A program made the translations under genes and the position numbers. Shown here piece by piece: positions 48,587 through 57,452 of a stretch of 64,000 nucleotides of DNA. The notes under the pieces were generated by a model. That model was given only the letters and a program-made list of their open reading frames with translations, did no database searches and was not told where the DNA came from. Source of the DNA: Candidatus Limnocylindrus sp. (GTDB lineage: Bacteria; Chloroflexota; Limnocylindria; Limnocylindrales; Limnocylindraceae); NCBI GenBank assembly GCA_040397235.1, contig JBBAWH010000001.1:21330-85329 (forward strand), in the 5' to 3' direction. Each line of letters starts with the position of its first letter. Position 1 is the first letter of the stretch.

Positions 48587-50194
48587 GTGCATCTGCCCAC
48601 TGTGACCCAGGCCCCGTTGCCGCGACGGCGCAGCCTCTTTACGCTCGCGCTCGCACTCCTGCTTGCCGCCGCGTGTGGCACCTCTGCTGCGCCGTCGGGG
48701 GCGAGCGGAGATCCTTCGGCTAGCGCAAGCCCCTCATCGACCAGCGACACACGGAGCCCGCTGATCCCCGTTGCCGGATACCGCAGCACCCTCACCGCGC
48801 TCACGAGCGTTGGGGTCGCGCGCCTCACTGAGGTCGGGGGGAAGCTACCGATCACCAAACTGATCCTGATTGCGCCGGAGTCGAGCGCCATCCTTGCGGC
48901 ACTCGGCCTCTCGCCCACCTCAATCACATCTCGCCTGACACTCGTCGCGGACCGCACCGCCCTCAAGGCGGCACTCGCCGCCGATGAGAAGGCGGCAGGA
49001 TTCGTGCGGCTCGCCGCCCTTGAGCCCGCGCTGCGCACCCTTACGTGGGAGGGGGCCGCAATCGTTGGCGTGCAGCGCGTTGCATCGCTGGCCGATTGGC
49101 CGCTGCGCGCCGAGCTTCCCCTCGACGCATCGATTCCTGCAGATTGGCTCTCCGGTCCGCTCGCGTACGATCCTGCAACCGCATGGACTCTGGCAGCTGG
49201 TGGCGACATCCTGCTTGACCGTGGCGTTTCAGCCAACGCGAAGCGCTCAAAGCGTGGGGCAGATTCGCTCTTTGATGGCGGATTTGCCGATATCACTGGC
49301 ACAACCTGTTGCAGCCAATTTGGCGTGCCACGTGTCGCCGCGCGCTACGTAAGCGGTGGCGGCATCAACGGCCTGATGCGCTCACTCTTCCAGCAGGCAG
49401 ATCTCTCGATCGCGAACCTTGAATCGCCAACACCGAAGAAGTGGCGCCAACACAACTCAGGTACAACCTTCACGGGAAACCCCGCGCTTCTGCGGGTGGT
49501 GAAAGAGGCGGGCTTTGATTTCCTCTCGCTGGCAAACAATCACATCGGCGATGGGGGCGTCTATCGCATCCCCGAGACTATTGCCGCTGTAAAAGCTGCC
49601 GGCATGGGCAGCGGTGGTGCGGGGGCAAACCTTGCTGAGGCGCAGCGCCCGTGGCTCACCGACGTTGGTGGCATCACCGTGGGCATCGTTGCAGTCGACC
49701 AGGTAAACCCGAGCACGCACGCGCGGGCAAACCGGCCGGGGAGTGCGCCGATTGGGGTCCTTGAGATGCGCGCCTCCATTGCGGCGGCTCGCGCCGCTGG
49801 TGCAGACGTCGTCATCGTTTTCCCGCACTGGGGCTTGGAGTTCCAGGCGCAGCCGACCGCCTCACAGCGTAGGTTTGCCAAGCGGGCTATCGAGGCTGGT
49901 GCCGACATGATCCTTGGATCGCACTCGCACTGGGCGAGTGCCATGGAGATCATCAGCGACAAGCCGGTCTTCTACTCCATGGGCAACTTCGTCTTTGACC
50001 AGAACTGGTCCGTTGAAACGTCCGAGGGGCTCGTTATTGAATCAACATTCGTGGGATCACGGCTGGTCAGCACACGCATGTTGCCGACGGTCATCCTCAA
50101 TCAGTCGCAGCCAAACTTCGTCGATGTCGCCACCGATGGCGTACCGATCATGAATCGAGTCTGGAAGGGCTCAAAGGGCCTGCCTCGCTGGTAG
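48587..50194 (+). CDS. CapA/PGA_cap-family metallophosphatase-like lipoprotein with an uncharacterised ~250-aa N-terminal region
   Basis: 535 aa. Signal/lipobox-like RRRSLFTLALALLLAAACG. C-terminal half has FDFLSLANNHIGDGG, VFPHWGLEF, ILGSHSHW and YSMGNFVFDQ. Confidence 0.8.
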   Translation: MHLPTVTQAPLPRRRSLFTLALALLLAAACGTSAAPSGASGDPSASASPSSTSDTRSPLIPVAGYRSTLTALTSVGVARLTEVGGKLPITKLILIAPESSAILAALGLSPTSITSRLTLVADRTALKAALAADEKAAGFVRLAALEPALRTLTWEGAAIVGVQRVASLADWPLRAELPLDASIPADWLSGPLAYDPATAWTLAAGGDILLDRGVSANAKRSKRGADSLFDGGFADITGTTCCSQFGVPRVAARYVSGGGINGLMRSLFQQADLSIANLESPTPKKWRQHNSGTTFTGNPALLRVVKEAGFDFLSLANNHIGDGGVYRIPETIAAVKAAGMGSGGAGANLAEAQRPWLTDVGGITVGIVAVDQVNPSTHARANRPGSAPIGVLEMRASIAAARAAGADVVIVFPHWGLEFQAQPTASQRRFAKRAIEAGADMILGSHSHWASAMEIISDKPVFYSMGNFVFDQNWSVETSEGLVIESTFVGSRLVSTRMLPTVILNQSQPNFVDVATDGVPIMNRVWKGSKGLPRW

Positions 50195-50210
50195 CCCGAG
50201 CTCTACGTCT

Positions 50211-50708
50211 CTAAGAGTCGAGCGACTCGTTCTTCTCTAGGTCCACGACAGCGGTGCGCAGGCCGATCGGCTCACGTCCTGAGAGCAGCGCCTCAGCGAT
50301 GGCAAGGTCGGGATCCTCCTCCTCGCCTTCGTCAGCGGCGTGGGCACCCGCCCCCTCGTGCGTTAGAAGGCGGGTCTCGCCCTCCTCAGAAGAGATGCCC
50401 ACTGCGGCCACCAGGCGGGAATCCAGTGAGGCGGCAAAGTCGTGCTCGCGCTCGAGCTCAGCGGCGATCGCCTCAATGAGGGTCTCCTCGGTAAAGGTTT
50501 CCATCACCCGACTCCGGGCGGTCTCCACCATTGCCAAGAACTCGCTCGGGGCGAAAGCCTCGTCGTGGGCGAGGGTCATGCCGATAGCGAGTTCGTCGTC
50601 CGCCTCGTGAAGTTCATAGAAGTACACGCCGCGCAGGCTAGCACCCCGCGCAGCGCCCCTGCTTGACGCCGATGGATATGGCGCGGAGACTGGGGTCATG
50701 AGGGTCAT
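50211..50708 (-). CDS. Hypothetical acidic protein
   Basis: About 165 aa, Glu/Asp/Ala-rich. No family recognised. Start is ambiguous (ATG 50708, ATG 50699 or GTG 50732) and interleaves with the divergent gene's start. Confidence 0.45.
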   Translation of the reverse strand: MTLMTPVSAPYPSASSRGAARGASLRGVYFYELHEADDELAIGMTLAHDEAFAPSEFLAMVETARSRVMETFTEETLIEAIAAELEREHDFAASLDSRLVAAVGISSEEGETRLLTHEGAGAHAADEGEEEDPDLAIAEALLSGREPIGLRTAVVDLEKNESLDS

Positions 50709-51102
50709 GATTCGCCGACGCACCAGCACCACGCGCGGCGCCCTGATCTTCCTCGGGCAGGCCCTGCTGGTGACGCTCTTCGTCGTGGAGTTTGGGCGAA
50801 ATCTGATCGGCGTGATTCAGGTGAATACGCGGTTGGCGCAGCTGCGCGACGAGACGGCGGCGCTCCAAGCTCGGGCCGACGCACTTACTGCGGAGCGGGT
50901 GCTCCTCGAGGACGCCGCCTTCCTCGAGTTGGTTGCGCGCGGCTACAGCCTCGGCTCCACTGTGGAACGCCCGTTCGTCTTAGCGGCTGATGCGGCACCA
51001 CTTCCAGAGGATGCTCCGGGGTCTGGCGCACGGCGGTTCAGCCCTGATGCGCCAACTCGCTCGCCGCTCGACGCGTGGCTCGACCTGCTCCTCGGGAGCT
51101 AA
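50698..51102 (+). CDS. FtsB/DivIC-like septum-formation-initiator protein
   Basis: 134 aa. One TM (ALIFLGQALLVTLFVV), a Leu-heptad coiled coil (LAQLRDETAALQARADAL), then LEDAAFLELVARGYSLGSTVERPFVL, which resembles the DivIC/FtsB C-terminal block. Confidence 0.55.
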   Translation: MRVMIRRRTSTTRGALIFLGQALLVTLFVVEFGRNLIGVIQVNTRLAQLRDETAALQARADALTAERVLLEDAAFLELVARGYSLGSTVERPFVLAADAAPLPEDAPGSGARRFSPDAPTRSPLDAWLDLLLGS

Positions 51103-51108
51103 GCCGAA

Positions 51109-52641
51109 CTACCTCTTCGGGTCTCCGAAGATCGTCCAGTGCCAGCCCTTCTCGGCCTCGCCAGTGATCTCAATTGCTACGTGCTTGATCTGCGTGTACT
51201 CCTCAAAGGAGTAGCGGCTGAGGTCCTTGCCGAATCCCGACTGCTTGAAGCCACCATGCGGCATCTCGCTCAGGAAGGGGAGATGGTCGTTGATCAGCAC
51301 CGAACCGAAGTTGAGCGCCGCCGCCATGCGATGGGCGCGCGCCACATCACTCGTCCAGCAGCTGGAGGCGAGGCCATACGGCGTGTCGTTTGCGAGGGCG
51401 ATCGCTTCGGCCTCGTCGCTGAATGGGAGAGCCACGAGCACCGGACCGAAGACCTCCTGCTGCACAATCTCGCTGAACTGCTGCGCGCCGACGATGAGCG
51501 TTGGCGCGAAGTAGGCACCCTCGGCTGGGACGCCCTTCGGCTGCGCACTGCCGCCCACCACGATCCGCGCCCCTGCGGCAACGGCGCGGTCAACGTAGCC
51601 AGCGACTCGATCGCGATGCGTGCGCGAGATGAGCGAGCCGAGATCTGTCGCCGGATCAAAAGGGTCACCGATGCGCACCTGCGCGGTGAGCTCAGCAATG
51701 CGGGCCACGAGGCGGTCGAAGATGTCGCTTTGCGCGTAGAGGCGCGTGGCTGCGGTGCAGTCCTGACCAGCGTTGACGAAGGCCCCAGCGATCGCTCCTC
51801 GCGCGGCGGCCTCAATGTCGGCGTCGGTAAAGACAACGAACGGCGCCTTACCACCAAGCTCTAGATGCAGACGCTTCAGCGTTGGCGCGCCGGCAGCCAT
51901 CAGCTCTCGACCAGTTGCGCTATCGCCCGTGAGGGCGATGATGTCGATGCGCGGATCTGCGGCGAATTGCGCGCCGATTTCGGCACCTGGTCCGGTGATG
52001 ACATTGACGACGCCCGCCGGGAAGCCGACTTCGCGCGCCAACTCTGCCAGCCGTAGTGCTGCGAGCGGTGTGGCGCTGGCTGGCTTCATGACGACGGTGT
52101 TGCCGGCGGCCAGCGCGGGCGCCGCCTGCCAGACCGCCATGGCGAGCGGATAGTTCCACGGCGCGATCAGTGCGGCAACGCCGATCGGCTCCCGCCGAAT
52201 CATGGAGGTGTGGTTGCCGGTGTATTCACCTGCGGCGATCCCGTCGGGGGTACGCAGGACGCCAGCGAAGTAGCGCAAATGGTCAACGACGGCAGGAATG
52301 TCGCCGTCGCGTCGCAGTTTGCGCGCGGTGCCCGTCTGCCACACCTCAAGATCGGCAAAGTGATCCGCCTCGCGTTCAACCGCGTCGGCCAGTGCGAGAA
52401 GGAGTCGCGCGCGCTCGGCTGGGAGCGTCGTGCGCCAGCCTCCAGTATCAAACGCACGTCGAGCTGCAGCGATGGCGGCGTCAACGTCGGTGGCCGAAGC
52501 GTGTGGGATTTCGCCGATCGCTGCGCCCGTGGCGGGGTGGCGCAGGGTGAAGGTTCGCCCGCCGGCAGCCCCACATGAGGCGCCGTCAATCAGCATCGTT
52601 GGGGTGAACGGGGGAGTTGCCCCTGGTGCGCGACTTGTCAT
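51109..52641 (-). CDS. NAD(P)-dependent aldehyde dehydrogenase
   Basis: 510 aa. LELGGKAP (catalytic Glu), AGQDCTAATR (catalytic Cys), EEVFGPV-like QQEVFGPV. Confidence 0.92.
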   Translation of the reverse strand: MTSRAPGATPPFTPTMLIDGASCGAAGGRTFTLRHPATGAAIGEIPHASATDVDAAIAAARRAFDTGGWRTTLPAERARLLLALADAVEREADHFADLEVWQTGTARKLRRDGDIPAVVDHLRYFAGVLRTPDGIAAGEYTGNHTSMIRREPIGVAALIAPWNYPLAMAVWQAAPALAAGNTVVMKPASATPLAALRLAELAREVGFPAGVVNVITGPGAEIGAQFAADPRIDIIALTGDSATGRELMAAGAPTLKRLHLELGGKAPFVVFTDADIEAAARGAIAGAFVNAGQDCTAATRLYAQSDIFDRLVARIAELTAQVRIGDPFDPATDLGSLISRTHRDRVAGYVDRAVAAGARIVVGGSAQPKGVPAEGAYFAPTLIVGAQQFSEIVQQEVFGPVLVALPFSDEAEAIALANDTPYGLASSCWTSDVARAHRMAAALNFGSVLINDHLPFLSEMPHGGFKQSGFGKDLSRYSFEEYTQIKHVAIEITGEAEKGWHWTIFGDPKR

Positions 52642-52647
52642 GAGCGA

Positions 52648-52653
52648 AGGGTA
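52648..52653 (-). promoter_or_regulatory. Candidate -10 box (TACCCT on minus strand) 6 nt upstream of ATG 52641
   Basis: The plus strand reads AGGGTA at 52648-52653. Spacer TCGCTC on the minus strand. No SD. Confidence 0.4.
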
Positions 52654-52689
52654 GGCGATACGCCGCGTCGCTGGAAGTGGTGGGCGCGC

Positions 52690-52695
52690 TAGGAT
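52690..52695 (+). promoter_or_regulatory. Candidate -10 box (TAGGAT) 6 nt upstream of ATG 52702
   Basis: TAGGAT at 52690-52695, spacer GCACCT, ATG at 52702. No SD. Confidence 0.4.
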
Positions 52696-52701
52696 GCACC
52701 T

Positions 52702-54261
<1,560 letters not shown>

Positions 54262-54263
54262 TC

Positions 54264-55202
54264 ATGGGGAAGAAGTCGAAGCGCACTGAGAAGCTCAACC
54301 TCCCGCTGGCGATTGAGTCAGAGAGCTCCGAGCGTCTTGAGGTGCGCCGCACCGCCAAGCTCTATATCGGCGGCGCATTCCCACGGAGCGAATCTGGTCG
54401 AAGCCAAGAGGTTCAACTCGCAAAGGGCGGCGTCGCCAACATTGCACGCGGCTCGCGCAAGGACCTGCGTGAAGCGGTGCGCGTTGCGCGAATCGCCGCC
54501 GAGCCGTGGGCCGCACGCACCGCAATGGTGCGCGGGCAGATCCTCTATCGCGTTGCCGAACTGATGGAGGGTCGCGCGGCGCAGTTCCGCGATGACCTGA
54601 TCAGTCACGGCGCATCGAAGTCTGACGCGGCAGCAGAGGTCTCCGCCGCTATCGATCGCATGGTCTGGTACGCAGGCTGGCCCGACAAGCTCTCTGCCGT
54701 ACTTGGCGGCACCAATCCCGTCGCCTCATCGCACTTCGTCTTCACCCTGCCAGAGCCGACCGGCGTTATCGCCTCCATCGCCCCTGAGGCATCGCCGCTC
54801 CTCGGCCTCGTCTCGCGTCTCGGCGGCATCCTCGCTGGAGCGAACGTGGCGATTGTGTTGGCGAGCGAATCGGCGCCGCTCCCCGCCGTCACCCTGGCTG
54901 AAACACTCGCCGTGAGCGATGTGCCGGCGGGCGTGGTGAACATCATCACCGCACGCCGAGCCGAACTGCTGCCGCACCTGGTGCGTCACGCCGATATCGA
55001 TGGGTTCGACCTGTGGGGCTGCCCCGACGCACTGCTCGTCGAGGCGGAGCAGGGTGCCGCCGAGCACGTCGCCCGCGTCGCGCGTCGCCCGCATGGGGCG
55101 AAGGATCGCGCCGACGCCTTTGATGGCGAGCGCGGCGAGCGCATCGACGGCATCACCGCCTTCCTTGAAATGAAGACCGTCTGGCACCCAATCGGCTCCT
55201 AG
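54264..55202 (+). CDS. ALDH-family paralogue lacking the catalytic domain (cofactor-binding and oligomerisation parts only)
   Basis: 312 aa. It can be aligned by eye to the N-terminal half of the upstream ALDH (LYIGG..., VWYAGWPDKL, GVVNIIT) and to the C-terminal strand (ITAFLEMKTVW). It has no ELGGK and no G-x-C catalytic-Cys motif. GAGGAG SD; starts 2 nt after the upstream stop. Confidence 0.75.
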   Translation: MGKKSKRTEKLNLPLAIESESSERLEVRRTAKLYIGGAFPRSESGRSQEVQLAKGGVANIARGSRKDLREAVRVARIAAEPWAARTAMVRGQILYRVAELMEGRAAQFRDDLISHGASKSDAAAEVSAAIDRMVWYAGWPDKLSAVLGGTNPVASSHFVFTLPEPTGVIASIAPEASPLLGLVSRLGGILAGANVAIVLASESAPLPAVTLAETLAVSDVPAGVVNIITARRAELLPHLVRHADIDGFDLWGCPDALLVEAEQGAAEHVARVARRPHGAKDRADAFDGERGERIDGITAFLEMKTVWHPIGS

Positions 55203-55212
55203 CCGACGCCCC

Positions 55213-55229
55213 CGCGCCGGTGAGGCGCG
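55213..55229. terminator. GC-only hairpin (CGCGCC-GGTGA-GGCGCG) between convergent genes
   Basis: Perfect 6-bp stem in the 41-nt spacer between the ALDH-like gene and deoC. No U-tract on either strand. Confidence 0.2.
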
Positions 55230-55243
55230 CCGATCAGTACGTG

Positions 55244-56179
55244 CTAGTCGAGGGTGAAGTCGTCCGGATCGGCGTAGGCGCCCGTCACCTCTTTTTCGAG
55301 CTGCATCAGCAGGTCGTTCACCAGGCTCGATGCGCCGAAACGGAAGCGGTCGGGGGTGAGCCAGTCAGGGCCGAGCGTCTCGTGGACGACCACCAAGTAT
55401 TGAATCGCCTCTTTCGCCGTTCGAATCCCTCCGGCCGGCTTCATGCCCACCACCTTGCCGGTGCGGTTCCAATGTTCGCGAATGGTCTCCAGCATGACGA
55501 GGGTCACCGGGAGCGTCGCCGCCGGTGTGACCTTGCCCGTTGAGGTCTTGATGAAGTCGCCGCCGGCGGCGATGGCGAGTGCAGATGCGCGCCGAACATC
55601 GTCATAGGTGCCCAGCTCGCCCGTCTCGAGGATGACCTTCAGATGCGCAGGGCCGCAGGCCTCTTTTACGGCGACGATCTCGTCCCACACCTTGGCGTAA
55701 TCACCGGCAAGGAAGGCGCCGCGGTCGATGACCATGTCAATCTCGTCGGCACCAGCGGCAACCGCGTACTTCGTTTCGGCAATCTTGAGGTCGATCCACG
55801 AGCGCCCGCTCGGGAAGGCGGTGGCGACAGCGGCAACCTTGACGCCGCTCCCCTTGAGCGCCTCTTTCGCTACGCCAACGAGGTCTGGGTAGCAGCAGAG
55901 TGCCGCGACCGAGGGCATTGACGTATCGCCAGGGAGCGGGCGCATCGCCTTGGTCGCCAGCTGGCGGATCTTCCCAGGCGTGTCTCTCCCTTCGAGGGTG
56001 GTGAGGTCGCACATGCTTAGCGCTAGGCGCAGCGCCCACACCTTGGAAGACTTCTTAATGGAGCGCGTCTTGAGGGTGGCGACACGCTCCTCAATGCCAA
56101 CACGGTCAACGGGGGTCGCGTCACGGAGCCAGGCCCCGAGCGCTCGCGAATCTGTAGCAACCGGTAGTGATGAGGTCAT
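55244..56179 (-). CDS. deoC: Deoxyribose-phosphate aldolase (long actinobacterial-type form)
   Basis: 311 aa from ATG 56179 (MTSSLPVATD...). CDLTTLEG, Schiff-base region DFIKTSTGK, GMKPAGGIRT. The ORF-track N-terminal 101 codons are Arg/Pro-rich and overlap add on the other strand. Confidence 0.9.
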   Translation of the reverse strand: MTSSLPVATDSRALGAWLRDATPVDRVGIEERVATLKTRSIKKSSKVWALRLALSMCDLTTLEGRDTPGKIRQLATKAMRPLPGDTSMPSVAALCCYPDLVGVAKEALKGSGVKVAAVATAFPSGRSWIDLKIAETKYAVAAGADEIDMVIDRGAFLAGDYAKVWDEIVAVKEACGPAHLKVILETGELGTYDDVRRASALAIAAGGDFIKTSTGKVTPAATLPVTLVMLETIREHWNRTGKVVGMKPAGGIRTAKEAIQYLVVVHETLGPDWLTPDRFRFGASSLVNDLLMQLEKEVTGAYADPDDFTLD

Positions 56180-56185
56180 AGTGGG

Positions 56186-56191
56186 AGTATC
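56186..56191 (-). promoter_or_regulatory. Candidate -10-like box (GATACT on minus strand) 6 nt upstream of the deoC ATG
   Basis: The plus strand reads AGTATC at 56186-56191. Spacer CCCACT on the minus strand. Confidence 0.25.
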
Positions 56192-56193
56192 CT
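56188..56193 (+). promoter_or_regulatory. Candidate -10 box (TATCCT) for add, back-to-back with the deoC box
   Basis: TATCCT at 56188-56193 overlaps the minus-strand hexamer by 4 nt. It would give a ~57-nt leader ending in the SD GAGGGGAGGGGAG. Confidence 0.3.
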
Positions 56194-56256
56194 CTCTCTC
56201 GCGGAGATGCGCACGCGGGTGCGCAGCCTGCGAGACAACGCGAGGGGAGGGGAGCA

Positions 56257-57303
56257 GTGGAGTTCCAGCGTGCCGATGATGCGCGTCGCCTCTTCTTTGA
56301 GATGCCGAAGCCTGAGCTTCATCTCCACCTTGATGGCTCACTGGATCCGGCCTTGGCCCTTGAACTTGCCGCAACGCGCAACGTTGATGCCCCGCGGGAT
56401 TGGGCAGGGATGCGCGCCGCCCTCGTCGCCCCGGAGCGCTGCGCCGATCAGGCCGATCTCTTGCGCGCATTCGACCTGCCAATCGCCCTCCTGCAAGATG
56501 CCGAGGCGCTCGATCGCGCCGCTGAGCAGTTGGTGCGCGTCAAAGCTGCAGAGCACGTCGCCTACCTTGAAATGCGCTGGGGGCCACACCTCCACACCGC
56601 GAAAGGGCTCACGCAGTCGCAAGTGATCGCCGCCGTTGCGGCGGGCGCGCGACGCGCCTCCGCAGAAACTGGCATCGAGGTGCGCTTGATCGTCACCGCC
56701 CTTCGCTCGCACTCGCTGGAAGAGAATCGCAGCCTCGCAACTGCAGCAGTTGCCGCTCAAGACATCGGCGTCGTGGGGTTCGATCTTGCTGGTCGTGAGG
56801 CCGCCTTCCCTGACCCTCTCACATTCAAAGAGTCATTCGACATCGCGCGCAGCGGTGGACTCGCTATCACCCTCCATGCAGGGGAGTGGGGCGGCGCGGC
56901 GCAGGTGCGTCGCGCCCTAGAGGTGCAGCCGGCGCGCATCGCCCATGGCGGCGTCGCCGTTGATGACCCATCGCTCTGCGCCGAGCTCGCCGCGCGCAAC
57001 GTCTCTCTCGACCTCTGTCCTACCAGCAATACGCAGGCCGCCATCGTTCCGGGCTACGGAGATTTCCCAATCGCCGAGCTGCGCCACCACGGCGTGCCAA
57101 TCACCCTCAATACCGACGACCTGGTGGTGAGCGACATCACCCTCTCAGAGGAGTACCTCCATGTGCATCGTCGGCTGGGGCTCCCCGCGTCAGACCTGAT
57201 TGCCCTGGCGCGAACCGGCTACGACTTCGCCTTCGCCGAGCAGGGAACCAAAACCCGCCTCAGGAACGCCCTGGAGACGTGGCTATCGCAGCGGGGTATG
57301 TAA
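56257..57303 (+). CDS. add: Adenosine deaminase
   Basis: 348 aa. PKPELHLHLDGSL zinc-ligand motif, TLHAGE, LNTDD. Confidence 0.92.
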   Translation: MEFQRADDARRLFFEMPKPELHLHLDGSLDPALALELAATRNVDAPRDWAGMRAALVAPERCADQADLLRAFDLPIALLQDAEALDRAAEQLVRVKAAEHVAYLEMRWGPHLHTAKGLTQSQVIAAVAAGARRASAETGIEVRLIVTALRSHSLEENRSLATAAVAAQDIGVVGFDLAGREAAFPDPLTFKESFDIARSGGLAITLHAGEWGGAAQVRRALEVQPARIAHGGVAVDDPSLCAELAARNVSLDLCPTSNTQAAIVPGYGDFPIAELRHHGVPITLNTDDLVVSDITLSEEYLHVHRRLGLPASDLIALARTGYDFAFAEQGTKTRLRNALETWLSQRGM

Positions 57304-57330
57304 CAGAGCCGCAACCTTCCTCGCTACCCA

Positions 57331-57338
57331 ATTGCAAT
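57331..57338. promoter_or_regulatory. Perfect 8-bp palindrome ATTGCAAT upstream of the transporter operon (possible operator; contains a TTGCAA -35-like hexamer)
   Basis: Self-complementary octamer in the 149-nt add-to-lipoprotein spacer. Confidence 0.2.
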
Positions 57339-57452
57339 GCGTGCGCATATCCCGCCGTTATGAGGCACAATGCCGCCACGGTCAGCGAATGGCTGACCTG
57401 CTCGGCGCCGTGGGCGTCTGAGCAAAAGAAAATAGCGGAGGGCTACATACAT

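Noticed and set aside
56180-56482. 101-codon N-terminal extension of the deoC ORF (ORF-track start 56482)
   Set aside because: The extension is Arg/Pro/Gly-rich nonsense and overlaps the add coding region on the opposite strand. The internal ATG 56179 gives a normal DeoC N-terminus and has promoter-like context.
57304-57452. Purine or 2'-deoxyguanosine riboswitch upstream of the nucleoside transporter
   Set aside because: I could not find the three-way junction with conserved loop-loop and junction nucleotides. Only a generic nested hairpin and a palindrome are present.
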